A DNA stretch of 47,206 bases, filler included, from Sphacelaria rigidula (lineage: Eukaryota), in NCBI GenBank assembly GCA_964200075.2. It is 2 parts of 2 records of this genome, joined end to end, with 100 filler letters (N's around TTAATTAATTAA, not from the genome) between each part and the next. Parts side by side here need not be neighbours in the genome. Positions count along the whole stretch, not along the records: positions 1 to 23,571 come from CAXNAA020000257.1; 1 more part is not named here. One strand, given 5' to 3'. Positions 11,101-22,810 of the stretch are shown one piece after another. The notes beneath the pieces are model-generated. The model saw nothing but the letters and a program-made list of their open reading frames with translations. It had not been told where the DNA came from and ran no database searches. Position numbers and translations under genes: made by a program. The number at the start of each line of letters is the position of its first letter. Position 1 is the first letter of the stretch.

Positions 11101-14100
11101 AACTGCACCCTAACGTGTACATGTTGTCTGGACCCCTTGAAACTATTGCCCAATGTTCCCAAGATCATGGGAGGCATTGCTCTGCACGAGGGAAAGCTGG
11201 CCGAGATGGCCACGGGAGAGGGGAAGACGCTCGTGGCTACGCTTCCCTGCTATCTCAACGCCTTGGCAAACAAAGGGACTGTGCTGGTGGTGACTGCCAA
11301 TGATTATCTTGCGAGGCGAGACGCGGAAACCATGGGTCAGGTATGGACGCACACGTGTGCATGCATTTGTTTCCCAAGCTGGTCATACTCGACGAGTTAA
11401 TGCACCGTCATTTTCATATGGTCACGTATGTGCTGTTCAAAGTATTTTTCTTCGAGATTGGGTGAAGTGTTATTACCGTCATCATCCATTGTTATTATTG
11501 TTTGATGTGTTGTGTCACTGCTCGCACAAATACGCACATTCACAGTCCATGTCCACCTGCCGCTCTAATGAAAGTGAGATTGACGCTCTCGGCCACCGTC
11601 GACCGTCTGTCTTGTTGACATCAGTGCATCAGTGTTGTTGCGTTTGCTGACTGTTCTGCTCCCGCTATTATAATGTCGGGTTCGAAGTCATCTGTTGGTA
11701 TGTCACTTCAAAACGTTGGAGAAGATGCAGTCGAAGGAAGATAACACATTGTACGATTGCTTTCATGCCGCTTGGATGATGCACGTCCTGTCCAGGTGCA
11801 CCGGTTCTTGGGATTGACCGTGGGTCTGATCCAGTCAACCATGGACACAGATAAGAGGAAGGAGGCTTACTCCGCGGACGTGACTTACGCGACCAACCAG
11901 GAGTTGGGGTTTGATTACCTCCGGGATCACCTCACTGTGACGCAGGACGGTGAGATCCCTACAAAGCAATGCTCGATGATGAAGCGAAATCTATATAGGT
12001 ATATGCAGGCGGAGGGGTGGGTCGATCCCCTGAGACTATGGGCTCATCCCTGAGGAGGCATAGGGGGAGATCGCGGGGGGGGGGGGGGGGGGGGGAAGTG
12101 ATCAGGGGTAGGACGAGCAGAAATGAAAACAAGTGCGGGGATGGCATCTGCTTGTGTTTGGCGTCTGTACTGCCGATCAACAGAGTATCCTAGCCCCGCG
12201 CAGTTTGCAACACGTACGTGGCTGCTCTGACATACGTGAGCGTTTCTAGAACAACAGTACATGAGCTGGAACATGACATGGTGGTGGACTAACATCGACG
12301 GCGGTCTAGACTCCGTGCTTGTTGTTTCCCCTTTTTCCCCCAGCGGTGGATATATGTATGGGCTGTGTGGTGATTGCATAAGGGCTGCGCATAGGCAAAG
12401 AGGAATTTGTGTCACTTATCACCGGCGGCTGGAGTAGCCAAACCACCACAAAATTGTGTAAGTCACGAGCCCGGGTTCCGAACGCTTGGAGTCCTCTTGC
12501 ACGTCCGCAGTACTTGCGACATATTTTCCCCCCACGTGTTTTTTTGACAGTATCTACTGTGTGATTCTGCCTTTTTCAGGAACGCAATAACTGTTGATTG
12601 AAAATTTGAATTGTGGGGCACTCGGCACAGGTTTCGACCCCAAATAGGTGAAATATGTAGCACATGACGTGTACACTACAACGAACACTACAGTGCACAC
12701 TGCAGGGCATGCATCACCCCACCGCGACGAGTATTGCTCACATTTACGATCCGCTACTGTAGATTCCTAGACTTCGCAATGGCCACTTGCCGAAATTCCA
12801 GATCTAAATGGACACGCAAAGATGGGGTGTCTTCAGCGATATTTGGAAATTTTCCACATCGTTTTTCTATTTTTACAGGCCCTGTTGGATTTTTGGCAAG
12901 TGATCATAGCGAATCCCAAGAGGGTAGCATATCCGAGAAGTGGACTGGGTTTCCCTGGGTGGCATTGATTGTTGATATGTGGCAGTGTCCGAGTCATGTG
13001 GTAGCGATATCACCGGCACCTGTTTTGGTTGTAAAAAAAAATGTCAATCGACTCGGAACTCGAATTTTAAAAAACAAAGAAAAATCGCACAGGCGCGGCC
13101 TAATACCACCAATCACCCTTGAAGCTGATCTACTTTTCTAGTCATGAGAAAGGTGAGAAGTAGACAATGGCACTCGCCTCTTCCCCCCTCTCTGTTATTC
13201 ACTCGTTCTTCTGTGCTGCCAAGTGCTCCCAATGAACGCGTTCGAGCTCCGTGTAGTGATATTTTTTTCCGTTCATTTTCTTTGCCGATCTTGGAGTACG
13301 TCTGTCTTGTCATCACGACAGCGTTCGTCGCAGATCGCTCAACGTGAGCGAATCAATTAATCCATTTTTGAAGCAATCATGACTTGTGGCATTTGTGTGG
13401 CGCAGGAGCGGTGCAGACGAAGGATATGTTTTTTTGCTTGGTAGACGAGGCGGACTCCATCCTCATCGACGAAGCACGCACCCCGCTCATCATTTCCCAG
13501 AGCGTACAAGCTCCCGCTCAGAAGTTCGCGAACGCCCAGAAAATCGCAGCCGTGCTGGAGAAGCCCCTGCACTACAGCGTGAGTCCCGTTTCGCTTCCAC
13601 GTCAAGTTTGCCACGGAAGGTTGGGAGCGGGCGTCAGGGTTCGGGAAATGATAGATGATAGTCTGCCTCTGCTGCAGTGCGCGCGGGGGGTAACTTTCAT
13701 GGTGTTGTTGGTTCACCTGACACTATACAGAATAATAGGAATCCTTGGGCCCATGGCTGGGTTATAAGCGTTCGGTTCACCCCTGCATGTTTCCAATACA
13801 TGATTCTGCATACAGTAGATTTGGGACATGAGAAATTGTAAGTTTGCGCATAGAAATCGTCAGCTTGTACAGTATTATAGTGTCCATTTATTTTCGTCGT
13901 GTGAACCACCCATCCAAGAAGGCTACAGATTGAGAACATAAAGTTGTTTTGGCCGCACTCAGAGAGAGGTGCGGAGAGGGTGTTGGATTTGAACGGAACA
14001 AGTGCGTGTGTTGCGCTGACCACCCCACATTCTCGACATGCGTCTGTCTGGATGTGAGTACAAACGTTATTGAGTGTTGTGACTGCGGGAGTTTCGTTGA

Positions 14101-17100
14101 CCGTGAGAGCATTCAGGCGATTTCTTCTGCCTTCATCAACGCTTTGAAGTAGCCCCTTTGCGAAGGAATCTACTCGACCTCCCTTTCTCCTGCCCGACGT
14201 TGGAGCACTCAGTAAAACAAGCCGATATCATCCCTCCTTCTTGCTATGGTATCCATTGGTCGCGATTTCCGCATGCAAACCTGTTGAAACGAAGCGTAAC
14301 AACAATCAGGTTCATAGGCACCGCCTTACGGAGGGGACACTTATTAATTCTTCGGTCGATTTCTTGCGGGGCTAGTCTCCTCGCATGGCGTATCTCCACA
14401 ATACACATTCGGTGGTAGTCGATAGATGTACGCATCCGAAGGTTTCAACATGAAAAGACTGTCCTGACAAAGCTCACAGGAGAAGGATGATTTTGAACCC
14501 AAAGTGATGATGAAAAACATAAAATCTATCCTATAGTTTTATTTGGTGTTGTTCTGTTTTGTTTTGGGGGTCTCAGAAGGAGCAACGAGCGCTTTATATT
14601 CTGCAAGTAATGGCAGTGACGGTACTGGAAAGGTGAGCCTACGTCTTTGACCACGGGTTCGAGAGATGGGACTAATGTGCGGAAATAATATAAAGAAGAA
14701 ATAAAACAATAATAGTACTAGTACGAGTACTACTAGTACTAGTACTTCAAATAGTACTAGTAGTCGTGAAGTCGTGAAATTACCACTAGTACGACCATAA
14801 TAGTAGTCTACTGCACGTACTAGTACTACTACTGATAGTAATTCCATACTGTAGTAGTGTTTTTGTATGTGCGGCGTTTCTTTTTCGCGTGCCTTGGGTT
14901 GGGTAAGTCTGTCTGTATGTCTTGTGGACAATGACCAGGACTGGACCCCTTGTTCTTAATGTTGGTATCACTTCATGTGCGACAACTAACCAATCAATCA
15001 ATCAGTATGCCGTTACTGCTTTTGAGAGATGTTTTGCCCCCCGCCGTCCCCTTCCTCTCTCAATCGAAACAGGTGGATGAAAAAGAGCAGGCCATCATCC
15101 TCACGGACAGGGGTTACGATGACTGCGATAAAGTCTTAGGGAAGTCGATATTCGACCCTAAGGACCCGTGGGCGCCGTTCATCATCAACAGCCTCAAGGC
15201 CAAGGAGCTCTTCACGAAGGACAAGGTAAGGCTTCCACATGTTGCCGCTTTATTTCTGCACCCGTTAGTCAAGATGAGCACGGACATTGAAGATAAGGAT
15301 GGACCACCTGATATAGGGATAGACGATACTGACTCACCAAGATTAGGCGCGACTTTTTGTATTCTGCTGCCTTGCGAGGCGCAAGGACGTATGCTCCTGT
15401 GTGCTGAACTTCAGGAAGCGTATGTATATGTGAACATCGTGTTTTCTTTCCATCCTCATTGACGCATGTTCACATGCATGTTTAAATCTCCACTTTTGCG
15501 AGGAAATGCATCTGTACCAGACTGCATTCATCATTCGTTCCTGGTGCTTTTGATAAAAGAGCAAACTCTTAAGAGGTGAAAACATACGCGGTGAGGATCT
15601 GCTGTGGTCGCTACCAGTATAGCAGTGCAGGCTTCCCTCGACAATAATCGAATGTCTATTTCGTTTCTTCGATACAGTACTGCACAAAGACATGGGTGAA
15701 ATGTCCCCCAGCTTGGCCGTCGAACGGACTCCGTGTGAACACCACGGGTAAATGGAGTAAATTACCCTAAATGTTTGTTGAGTACCCAACACGTTCTCGA
15801 GATGTTCGACAGCAAGGTATCCCTTGTTTCTCTTCTCATCACAGTTTCAATCCCTCCCATTTCTCTGGACGAGGCCGTGGTCTCCAGGGAGCAATCCATC
15901 TCTTCCATGAAATGCGCCATACATTATTTTGGTTTGGCGGATTGGATCATGACCATCAGCACTCCCGCACCCCGTCAACCACTATTGCCTAGCAATAACA
16001 AACTCAGCTAAACATACTCTTTTTGCTACCCCACGTCTCCATGCTTTTGAAGACAGAGATCATTTACTTTCAAGAAAACCCGCCGACAAGACGATAAGAC
16101 CTAACCGCAAGGAATCGAACCGCGTTTTTTTTCACCGTCATGGTGTTGGTGTCAGTTGCAGCATCACACTATCGGGGCGCGGCCGTCTATGTTATGACTA
16201 CTTGGTGACTACAAACTCTTGGCTATGAAAGGGCTTCTGAAAGGAGACCACCCAATGACTGATCGATTGATTAAATGAGTGAGTGAGCCAGTGATGAGTA
16301 ACTGATTGTGTCGTCCCTGTACAGTACATCGGATGCAATACCGACGCCCTTTGCGCATATGTGCGAGGTTTCGAAGCCGCAAGGCCCATCATGCTGACCT
16401 TACTTGCTGTCGTGATAGAAAGTTGCCACTATGGTTCTCGTGGTGGCTTTTCGGCTGCTGTTCACTGATTCTGACATTGACATACTTACAGTCTGTGTGC
16501 ACGAGTTGGCGACCTCCATGTGTGGCCAACTTTACACTGAAGTATGTAGTCCACGGCAAGCCGCGCCTCGCTGGTCTGACGGTGCAACCAACATCCACGG
16601 GGCGGGGGGAAGGTGGGGTCGAATCCCGCCAGACGCGTCTAGCTTGCATTTTGTTTTGTTCACGAGTATCTGATTTCGGTCGTTGAAAGCTTTGAAAGCG
16701 TTAGGGCGGTAGTAGCAGAGAAGTTCTGTTGGGCTGAGTTTGTTCGACGATACTGTAGAAATTGGCGCACGAGCTGGCTATTTGCATGACAAGCTTATGA
16801 TTTTCCGGTACGACCGACGCACAGTAGTGGACCCGAGAATATTAAACACGAAACAAGAATGAGAAAAGCACACGCCACCCGTTCAACGTGTTGCACTCGC
16901 CAGCAGAAATATGTTTCACAAAATAATGCCGCAGCGCCCCGGTGGTGTAATGGTCCGACTGTCGACATTAGGGTGGAGAGAACGGGGTTCGATTCCCGAT
17001 GCGTTGGGTTTTTTCTTCGTGATGTTTGATTTCCACCGTGGAAAGCGTCACAACGTGAGTGAACAAACTAGTCGACTGAGTTTGTGTGGCGTGAGTTGAC

Positions 17101-20100
17101 GCGGTGCGGGAGTGTTGACCCAATCCGCGAGACCGAAATGAAAGGCACGTACCGGGGGAGAGACGGGTTGATCCCTTGAGACCACGGACTCATCCCGAGG
17201 AAGGGAAGGGGTTCAAAGTGTGAGGAAAAAAAATCAAGACGGAGATTGTTTAGAGTACATAAATGGATGTCATTTTTGTTGGGAAACACCCATTTTTGAC
17301 GTTACCCCCACATTTAGTCCTTCTCTGACGGATATTTCATTTCTTGACTGCGGGTGTGGATGCAAGGGATAAGTATAATGGGAACGAAAGTGTGGGAAGT
17401 CTGGGATCCTGCTGCAGGGGGAGAGTTAATTGCTGTCCGAAAGCGGGACCGTTCGAGCAGCACTCCCGTAAAAACAAGACTATCCCAACCGTTGGAGGAT
17501 GACCCTCGCAACTATTTTCGAATTTATGTATTTTAGACAGACAAGAAGAGGATGCTCACGAACTCGTTACTGCCTGAACTGATTCCTCCGAGTAGCTGGT
17601 TTTTTTTTGACATTATTATTCCAAGGCACATATGGTCCGCTCAGTCACCGCCACTGGCTGGCAAGTCTCGGCAATGTAGGCTCAAATTTGCGGTAGGCTC
17701 TTCATCGACACTCTACAAGCAAACCCTCGAGGCATCAACCCTTTAGCTCCAGCCACACATCCATGTCGTGGTTACCATCCACGTAAGCTTCAGACGCCCC
17801 GCATCGTAGGCAACTGGTGGATATCACGTACACTGCATATAGCCCCCTTCGAAGAAGACCCCCCGATGACACCATTTTTGGTATTTTCGGCACCATGCCG
17901 CTACTTACAGTACTGTATCAGTGGTACGCTGTATGTTGTACGCCCCTCTCTACAGTATCAGCCCCAGGAGATATGTTTCAAGGGTCCGGCGAATAAGGAT
18001 TCACCTGAAAATTACTTGCTTTCAGTGTATTTGATCCGTACCGTACGAATCAATCCTTGGTATCGTTCTTCAGCGTTGCACCCCAGGTGCACGCACTCCA
18101 GGCAAGGCACGTGGGATAACGCAAAATTTGCGCAGAGAATTTTCCGACCCACGGTAAACATTTTAATCTCGCTCCAGCTATCAGGCCTCAGATGTCCTAA
18201 ATTTGCTGATTCTGAGCAGCGATGATTTGTCCCACCCTTGATAAACTTTCCGGCCCTGAAAACTCGTCATCAAGGGGTGGTGTGCACCGTAACGTGCGGT
18301 ACCGTCGACAACCTTGATATGAACAGGAAAAGTATGCTGTGCCATAGGTACGTCTATCTATCTTGCGACAATCAATCAACCGCTGTGTCTGTATTCCTCA
18401 GAGACGGGCTAAGGGGCGACAATCTATCAACCAATCGATCGATCAGTCAGGTACTGTGCGTTGCTCGTGCATCGTGGCACACATCTGAGTTGACATGATG
18501 TAAGTGGTATGTTGTAAACGTCGCTACCGGCTGGCGAAGCACGGCAAAGTAGGTCGCTATACCGGTTACGGTGAGCTGATCAGTTCCATTTCTGTTCCGA
18601 TATGATGAACCAGAGCCTACCGTTCTACCCCTGCCCCCCCCCCATTACTAGTAGGAACGGTGCCCCGTCTCAAAGGGATGCGCGGCCGATGGTCGAATGA
18701 CTAAGGCAGGCAACAAATGAGTACGCCTCCCCCCTCCCACCTACCCTTCATGCGACTCGCCGAACACATCACGGCGCTTCGGGCTTGATGGTTGATTGCG
18801 AGCCTGCTTCGGCGAAAGCCCGGCGTGCTCCGTCCCAGCTTTGCAGGGATGCGAGGTCAACGGTCTTATGACTACGGCATGCAGCAAGATCATGAGCACA
18901 CCTCCCCCGGCGCGCCTATCTAGAGAATTTGGCGCCTCGCGAAAGAAATAGTAACGCTGCTACCATCCTATCAACTGCATCTTGTTGATGACGTGACAGG
19001 AATACATCGTTCGAGACGGAGAGGTCCTGATCGTGGATACATTCAGCGGCCGTGTGTTGGAGGGCAGGCGATACAGCGACGGACTGCACCAGTGTATCGA
19101 GGCCAAAGAGGGCGAGTAAAATTCCACCTCGTGCGAGAAAAATGAGTGAAAAGTATATCACGTCTGTATGGTGTATAGCAACTTTTCAAACGTTTCAACA
19201 CATTTTGCGTCACGTTCAGAACGATCTTCCAAACGTTGGTAAACATCGACTTCTGCGATACGTGCGGCTCCGCAACCCGTCAATAAAACGGGTTGTCTAG
19301 CACATCATCGGCCGGACACTCTCGTGAAATAGTTTATCCGAAGCCCGACAGCAAGGGTTGACTTTACTGGTTACCGTTTCGGAAAGTGGGCGAATGTTGA
19401 TGAATGAAAAGTCGACGAAATTGGACGTCGTGCGGGAGTGGTGATGGTCATGATCCAATAGTCATTATCCGATGCTCGGCGACCAGCTATCGAGGAAGAG
19501 GTGGAACGATCCTTCGAGACTGCGAACTGGTTGTGGTAAGGAGGAGGGGAGGGGCGGAGATGAAAGCATGTGGGAAAGAACGGCAGGAGAAGCTTCTCTA
19601 CACGAAGAAAATGGCAGTTGAACGTGTTGTTGTACTTTGAAGTCGAAAGTACACACTATATTACTGTATTACCATTGTTTTCATGGAATTTTAGACGACC
19701 ACAAGGAGCAAACGGTTCCATTACTGGCCACTACTCGCCCAAGCACCTCAAGCTTGACAAATGCTCAAGACCTGGTGATGGGTCACCATTCTCTCCGTCA
19801 TTTTGGTGGCGACTTGATGCTCCTGACTGGAAGAACTGGCCACGGCTTTTCACGGGAAGTGCTCCGTCTTTGAGTCAGGGTGCAACATAGCCGACCACGT
19901 GACACGAAGACTGTTAGGCTGCCTGCTTCAGCAGGCTCAATGCCTCGTGCCTTGTCTTGTGGAACTGCGATGGGTTCAGTTACCACGTTCAAAGTGTAGC
20001 GCGGTGAAAGCGATGAATGCGTGGAGAGCGCGTTCGTGATGCTCCTAGGGTTCCACGAGTCCGATCTTCTAAGAAGCCCTCACAAAGGGGTTCCCCCCCA

Positions 20101-20651
20101 TCAATCGGGCAGCTTACTGCAGCTGACCCGACGCCAAGGACAGATCAATATCGGCACTAAGCAATCTGTGTGTGCTCCACACTACACCCTCGAGCATTGG
20201 ATCATGGCTATTGTCTAGTAATGGTACTACGGAGTTTTGATGATTACTGTATAATCGTCATAATCATGTATGCTGTTTTTGTTGTTTCTGCACATGAGCC
20301 CGACCTCTTGAACCCTTGAAGCGTGACTATCACCACTCCCGCAGACCAGACTCAACAGCTGGAACATCAACAGAAGGCACTACTCCGTAGGGGTGTAATA
20401 TCCTCTCTTGTCGTCGTCGTCGTCGTCATCGTCGTCATCGTCGTCGTCATCGTCGTCATCGTCGTCGTTGTCGTTGTTGTTGTTGTTGTTGTCGGTGTGC
20501 AGGTATTACCGTGTCGCGACAGAGCCAGGTGATGGCGCAGGTGACGTATCAGGCGCTGTTCCGGAGCTTCCCCAAGCTGTGTGGCATGACGGGTACCGCG
20601 GCGACAGATGCATATGAGCTGGAAAACATCTACGGCTTGCAAGTTCTACAG
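7953..20651 (+). CDS. secA: Preprotein translocase ATPase SecA, nuclear-encoded plastid/cyanobacterial type; partial gene, 8 exons, ~401 codons
   Basis: Exons 7953-8107, 9135-9264, 11164-11340, 11796-11949, 13406-13578, 15073-15225, 19000-19111 and 20503-20651 join in frame (1203 nt). Motifs in order: [31 protein letters not shown], Walker [82 protein letters not shown]. Confidence 0.95.
8126..8294. repeat. ~173-bp dispersed repeat, one unit (opposite orientation to 18666-18907)
   Basis: Aligns along its length with the reverse complement of ~18745-18907 (GACCTCG.ATCCCT, GGGACGG.GCAC.CCGGG.TTTCGCCG, GATGTGTTCGGCGA.TCGCATGAAGG). Confidence 0.75.
8925..9035 (-). mobile_element. 5'-truncated SINE tail (family of 16936-17233)
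   Basis: The reverse complement reads AGACGGGTGAAATCCCCGAGACCACGGACTCGCCCTGAGGAAGGGGAGAGGCTCAAG plus an A-rich tail, matching 17161-17220. Confidence 0.65.
9135..9264 (+). CDS. secA: SecA exon ([10 protein letters not shown]...LRHYDVQ)
   Basis: CAG acceptor and CAG|GT donor. The phase matches both neighbours. Confidence 0.92.
11164..11340 (+). CDS. secA: SecA exon with Walker A ([22 protein letters not shown]...TMGQ)
   Basis: AAG acceptor and CAG|GTATGG donor, 59 codons. Confidence 0.95.
11796..11949 (+). CDS. secA: SecA exon ([13 protein letters not shown]...[10 protein letters not shown])
   Basis: CAG acceptor and G|GTGAG donor. Confidence 0.93.
12010..12070 (+). mobile_element. Diverged SINE-tail fragment (family of 16936-17233)
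   Basis: GGGTCGATCCCCTGAGACTATGGGCTCATCCCTGAGGA compared with GGGTTGATCCCTTGAGACCACGGACTCATCCCGAGGA at ~17165. Confidence 0.55.
13406..13578 (+). CDS. secA: SecA exon with Walker B ([19 protein letters not shown])
   Basis: CAG acceptor and AGC|GTGAGT donor. Confidence 0.95.
14648..14712 (+). mobile_element. Retroposon 3' tail with an A/AAT-rich end
   Basis: TGACCACGGGTTCGAGAGATGGGACTAATGTGCGGA is nearly identical to 42342-42377. Confidence 0.6.
14712..14859. repeat. Low-complexity TAGTAC/TAG/TAC self-complementary microsatellite
   Basis: Repeated TAGTACTA words, seen directly. Confidence 0.65.
15073..15225 (+). CDS. secA: SecA exon, preprotein cross-linking domain (VDEKEQ...[10 protein letters not shown])
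   Basis: CAG acceptor and AAG|GTAAG donor, 51 codons. Confidence 0.93.
16936..17233 (+). mobile_element. tRNA-derived SINE in SecA intron 6
   Basis: Pol III A-box TGGTGTAATGG (16943-16953) and B-box GGTTCGATTCCC (16986-16997) at tRNA-like spacing, without a proper acceptor stem. The 3' part recurs at 8925-9035 and 12010-12070. A short A tail ends at ~17233. Confidence 0.7.
18666..18907. repeat. ~173-bp repeat, about 1.4 head-to-tail units
   Basis: GGGATGCG..G.C.A.GGTC..ATGACTA.GGCA.GCA.CAA..TGAG.AC.CCTCCCC occurs at ~18675 and again at ~18846 (period 171-175). Confidence 0.75.
19000..19111 (+). CDS. secA: SecA exon ([37 protein letters not shown]), not in the ORF track
   Basis: CAG acceptor ending at 18999. 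It ends at a non-canonical G|GCGAGT donor. Confidence 0.92.
20410..20493. repeat. Compound (GTC/ATC)n-(GTT)n trinucleotide microsatellite abutting a SecA acceptor
   Basis: Seen directly. It ends 9 bp before the exon start at 20503. Confidence 0.9.
20503..20651 (+). CDS. secA: SecA exon ([33 protein letters not shown]...LQVLQ), not in the ORF track
   Basis: CAG acceptor ending at 20502 and CAG|GTGTCG donor. Confidence 0.92.
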
Positions 20652-21755
20652 GTGTCGGGGTTTCGTATGTAGAGATGCGCCAGTTTCAACTTTTTTCATT
20701 TTTTTGGAAATAAACCTTTCTGCATGAACGGCGATTTTTTGTGTGTGAGGTTGTTTTCATATGCTCGAAATATGTACCTACTACAAGGATCGGACGGGGC
20801 CGCCGTCCTCCACGATAGGCGTGGAAAGGAGTGAGTTTAATTCGGGAGATGGTAAGGGTAATGACTCCTACCAAGAGATTGAGCCAGAGATTTGATGTGT
20901 GTATCGGTTATCAAACTGTGTTATATGTGAGGAGTATAAGAAGGAAGATCCGGCATGGGTGTGGCATGATTGGTATTAAGAAACGCGAATGTTGAGAGCG
21001 CGGAATGGTGAATGAAACGCACTGAATTTTGTTGCACGTTTTGAAAATGTGAAGAACGCGGAATACCCGAATGTGTCACAGACAATGCGTTCTGATGAAA
21101 AAAATCAGCTGAAGCACGGGGGGAAAAGTGGACTCGTTCTCCAAAAGTAGGAGTTTACTCAGAAGATGATATTTTGCTTACGAAAGAGCAACATCTCTAT
21201 GTACAACTGTTGGTGAAAATTTGCTCCAACATATACCTATTCAATATTCGACATTTAACGAAAAAAGCTATACTTCTCAAGCAAGCAAAAAGGACGCGAC
21301 TTCGCTTACTGTGGTTACGATGGACCACATGGACGAATGCCCCCCGCGAGAATAATGTCTGAGAGGACTGGCTGGGCTTGTGTTTGTCAGAGGAAACTTT
21401 GGAAAGCTGAGACAGAGAAACAGGAGCAACACTCTTCATGGTCTCTAAAATGGTGTAAAGGTTGACAAATGGAAGCACACGCGCACGCGTACGCGTTATG
21501 TTCGACCCGTTCGTCCGCGAAATTTCTTCACCTTTTCAAACGGAACACTGTGACGAAAAAAATACGTTGGAACAACGGAAAACGAAAAATGTATACGTGT
21601 TCTGAAATTTACCCGAGCCAGATACAGCCTGGCGGAAAGAGACAAAGAAACATTGCCGTTCCGAAACTCATCGAACCCTGCAAATAACTTCAGCATAGTC
21701 CGCAATTTATAAAAAAAATAGACGGCCAAGACAAAGACAAGAAAATTCGGCACCA

Positions 21756-22810
21756 AAATTCACCGAACCGCGGCATATCGGCTGTTAAATTCACCGAACC
21801 CGAACCCAGGGAAATCGAATCTAAGGAACACAGAAAGGCCGACGAAAAAAGCGCCGTGCGGAAGGCTGCAAACAGGCAACAGCAAACACAGCGTCTGTGA
21901 TTGCTGTTGATTGAAATCATATTGATATGACGCACGCATATGTCGCGCTTACACGAGTCAGACGCGTATGGTGTCAGGAAATATAATCGCGTCACCGTTT
22001 GAACGTCATGTGCTGCACGTATACAATGAAGGCTGCGATTGCCAAATGAAAAACGCAGAAAGAGACAGAAGAAACAAAAAACCTGCGAGTAAAAAATTCA
22101 CCGAACTCCGAGAAATCGAAGTAAAGAAAGGCCTGCGAAAAAAGCGCCGGTAGGTAAGCTGCATTTTTCTATTTTTGTTGCTTACGCTCTTACTCATTGG
22201 ACGCCTACGCTGTAAAGAAAACTGATCGCGTTACCGCTTCAACGTGAGTGTGTTGCACATATACAGCCGTGTATTGTCCAGAGAAAACTCCAGCCTGAAG
22301 GAAACATCGACGCTTTTCTTGCGTTTTGGTGTCTTGTGTGTTCATCGTGTATGCATGTAAGATTTTACTTTTCGCTTATTAGAATCAGAACGTCAGGACC
22401 ACCCTCATTTAGGCACTGACAGCTTGGGCCAACGTGGAATCTTGCGCTCGTCTAGGTGAACGGTGATGGAAAATCATTGCAATTCCTGATCAACCTTACG
22501 TTATTATGTGTTCTGTGCATTACAGCCACACATACACAGCGACATGGTCCTGAGAAAACTCTAGCCCGAACGAAACAGAGACTTCTTCTTGGGTTCTAGT
22601 GTCTCCTGTGTTCATCGTGTATCCACGAAAAGTTGAAATTTCCCGTTCTCCAGAATCAAATCTCCGTTTTTCAGAATCAAAGTGTCGGATCCACCATCAG
22701 GGCTCCGCGTATTGCATATCACGCGCATACTTTCAGGCACTGACAGCTTGGGTCGAAGGTCGAATCTCGCCCTCGTCGAAGGTGAACGGTAATGGAAAAA
22801 CATTGCACTA
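21756..22810. repeat. Two consecutive pairs of diverged direct repeats (A-A'-B-B')
   Basis: A units at ~21788-22027 and ~22095-22267 share AATTCACCGAAC, GAAATCGAA, AGAAAGGCC..CGAAAAAAGCGCCG and ATCGCGT.ACCG.TT.AACGT. B units at ~22261-22492 and ~22533-22810 share GAGAAAACTC.AGCC.GAA, TGTGTTCATCGTGTAT, AGGCACTGACAGCTTGGG and AGGTGAACGGT.ATGGAAAA.CATTGCA. Confidence 0.75.

Noticed and set aside
16936..17005. Possible tRNA gene
   Set aside because: A and B boxes are present, but the acceptor and anticodon stems do not pair properly and the sequence continues into a repeated SINE body. The same applies to 30341-30415.
18775..18825. Hammerhead-like words (TTGATG...GAAA) in the ~173-bp repeat
   Set aside because: There is no CUGANGA core, and the flanks pair with each other rather than forming stems I and III.
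19273..19300. Hairpin CAACCCGT/ACGGGTTG followed by CTAG (possible Helitron end)
   Set aside because: The spacing to CTAG is only 1 nt, the next base is C rather than T, and there is no second copy in the window.
20323..20642. Poly-Val, poly-Ser and poly-Thr ORFs
   Set aside because: They are translations of the microsatellite. The real coding frame is the secA exon 20503-20651.
7953..20651. secA as bacterial contamination or a plastid DNA insertion
   Set aside because: It is split by seven spliceosomal introns filled with host repeats.
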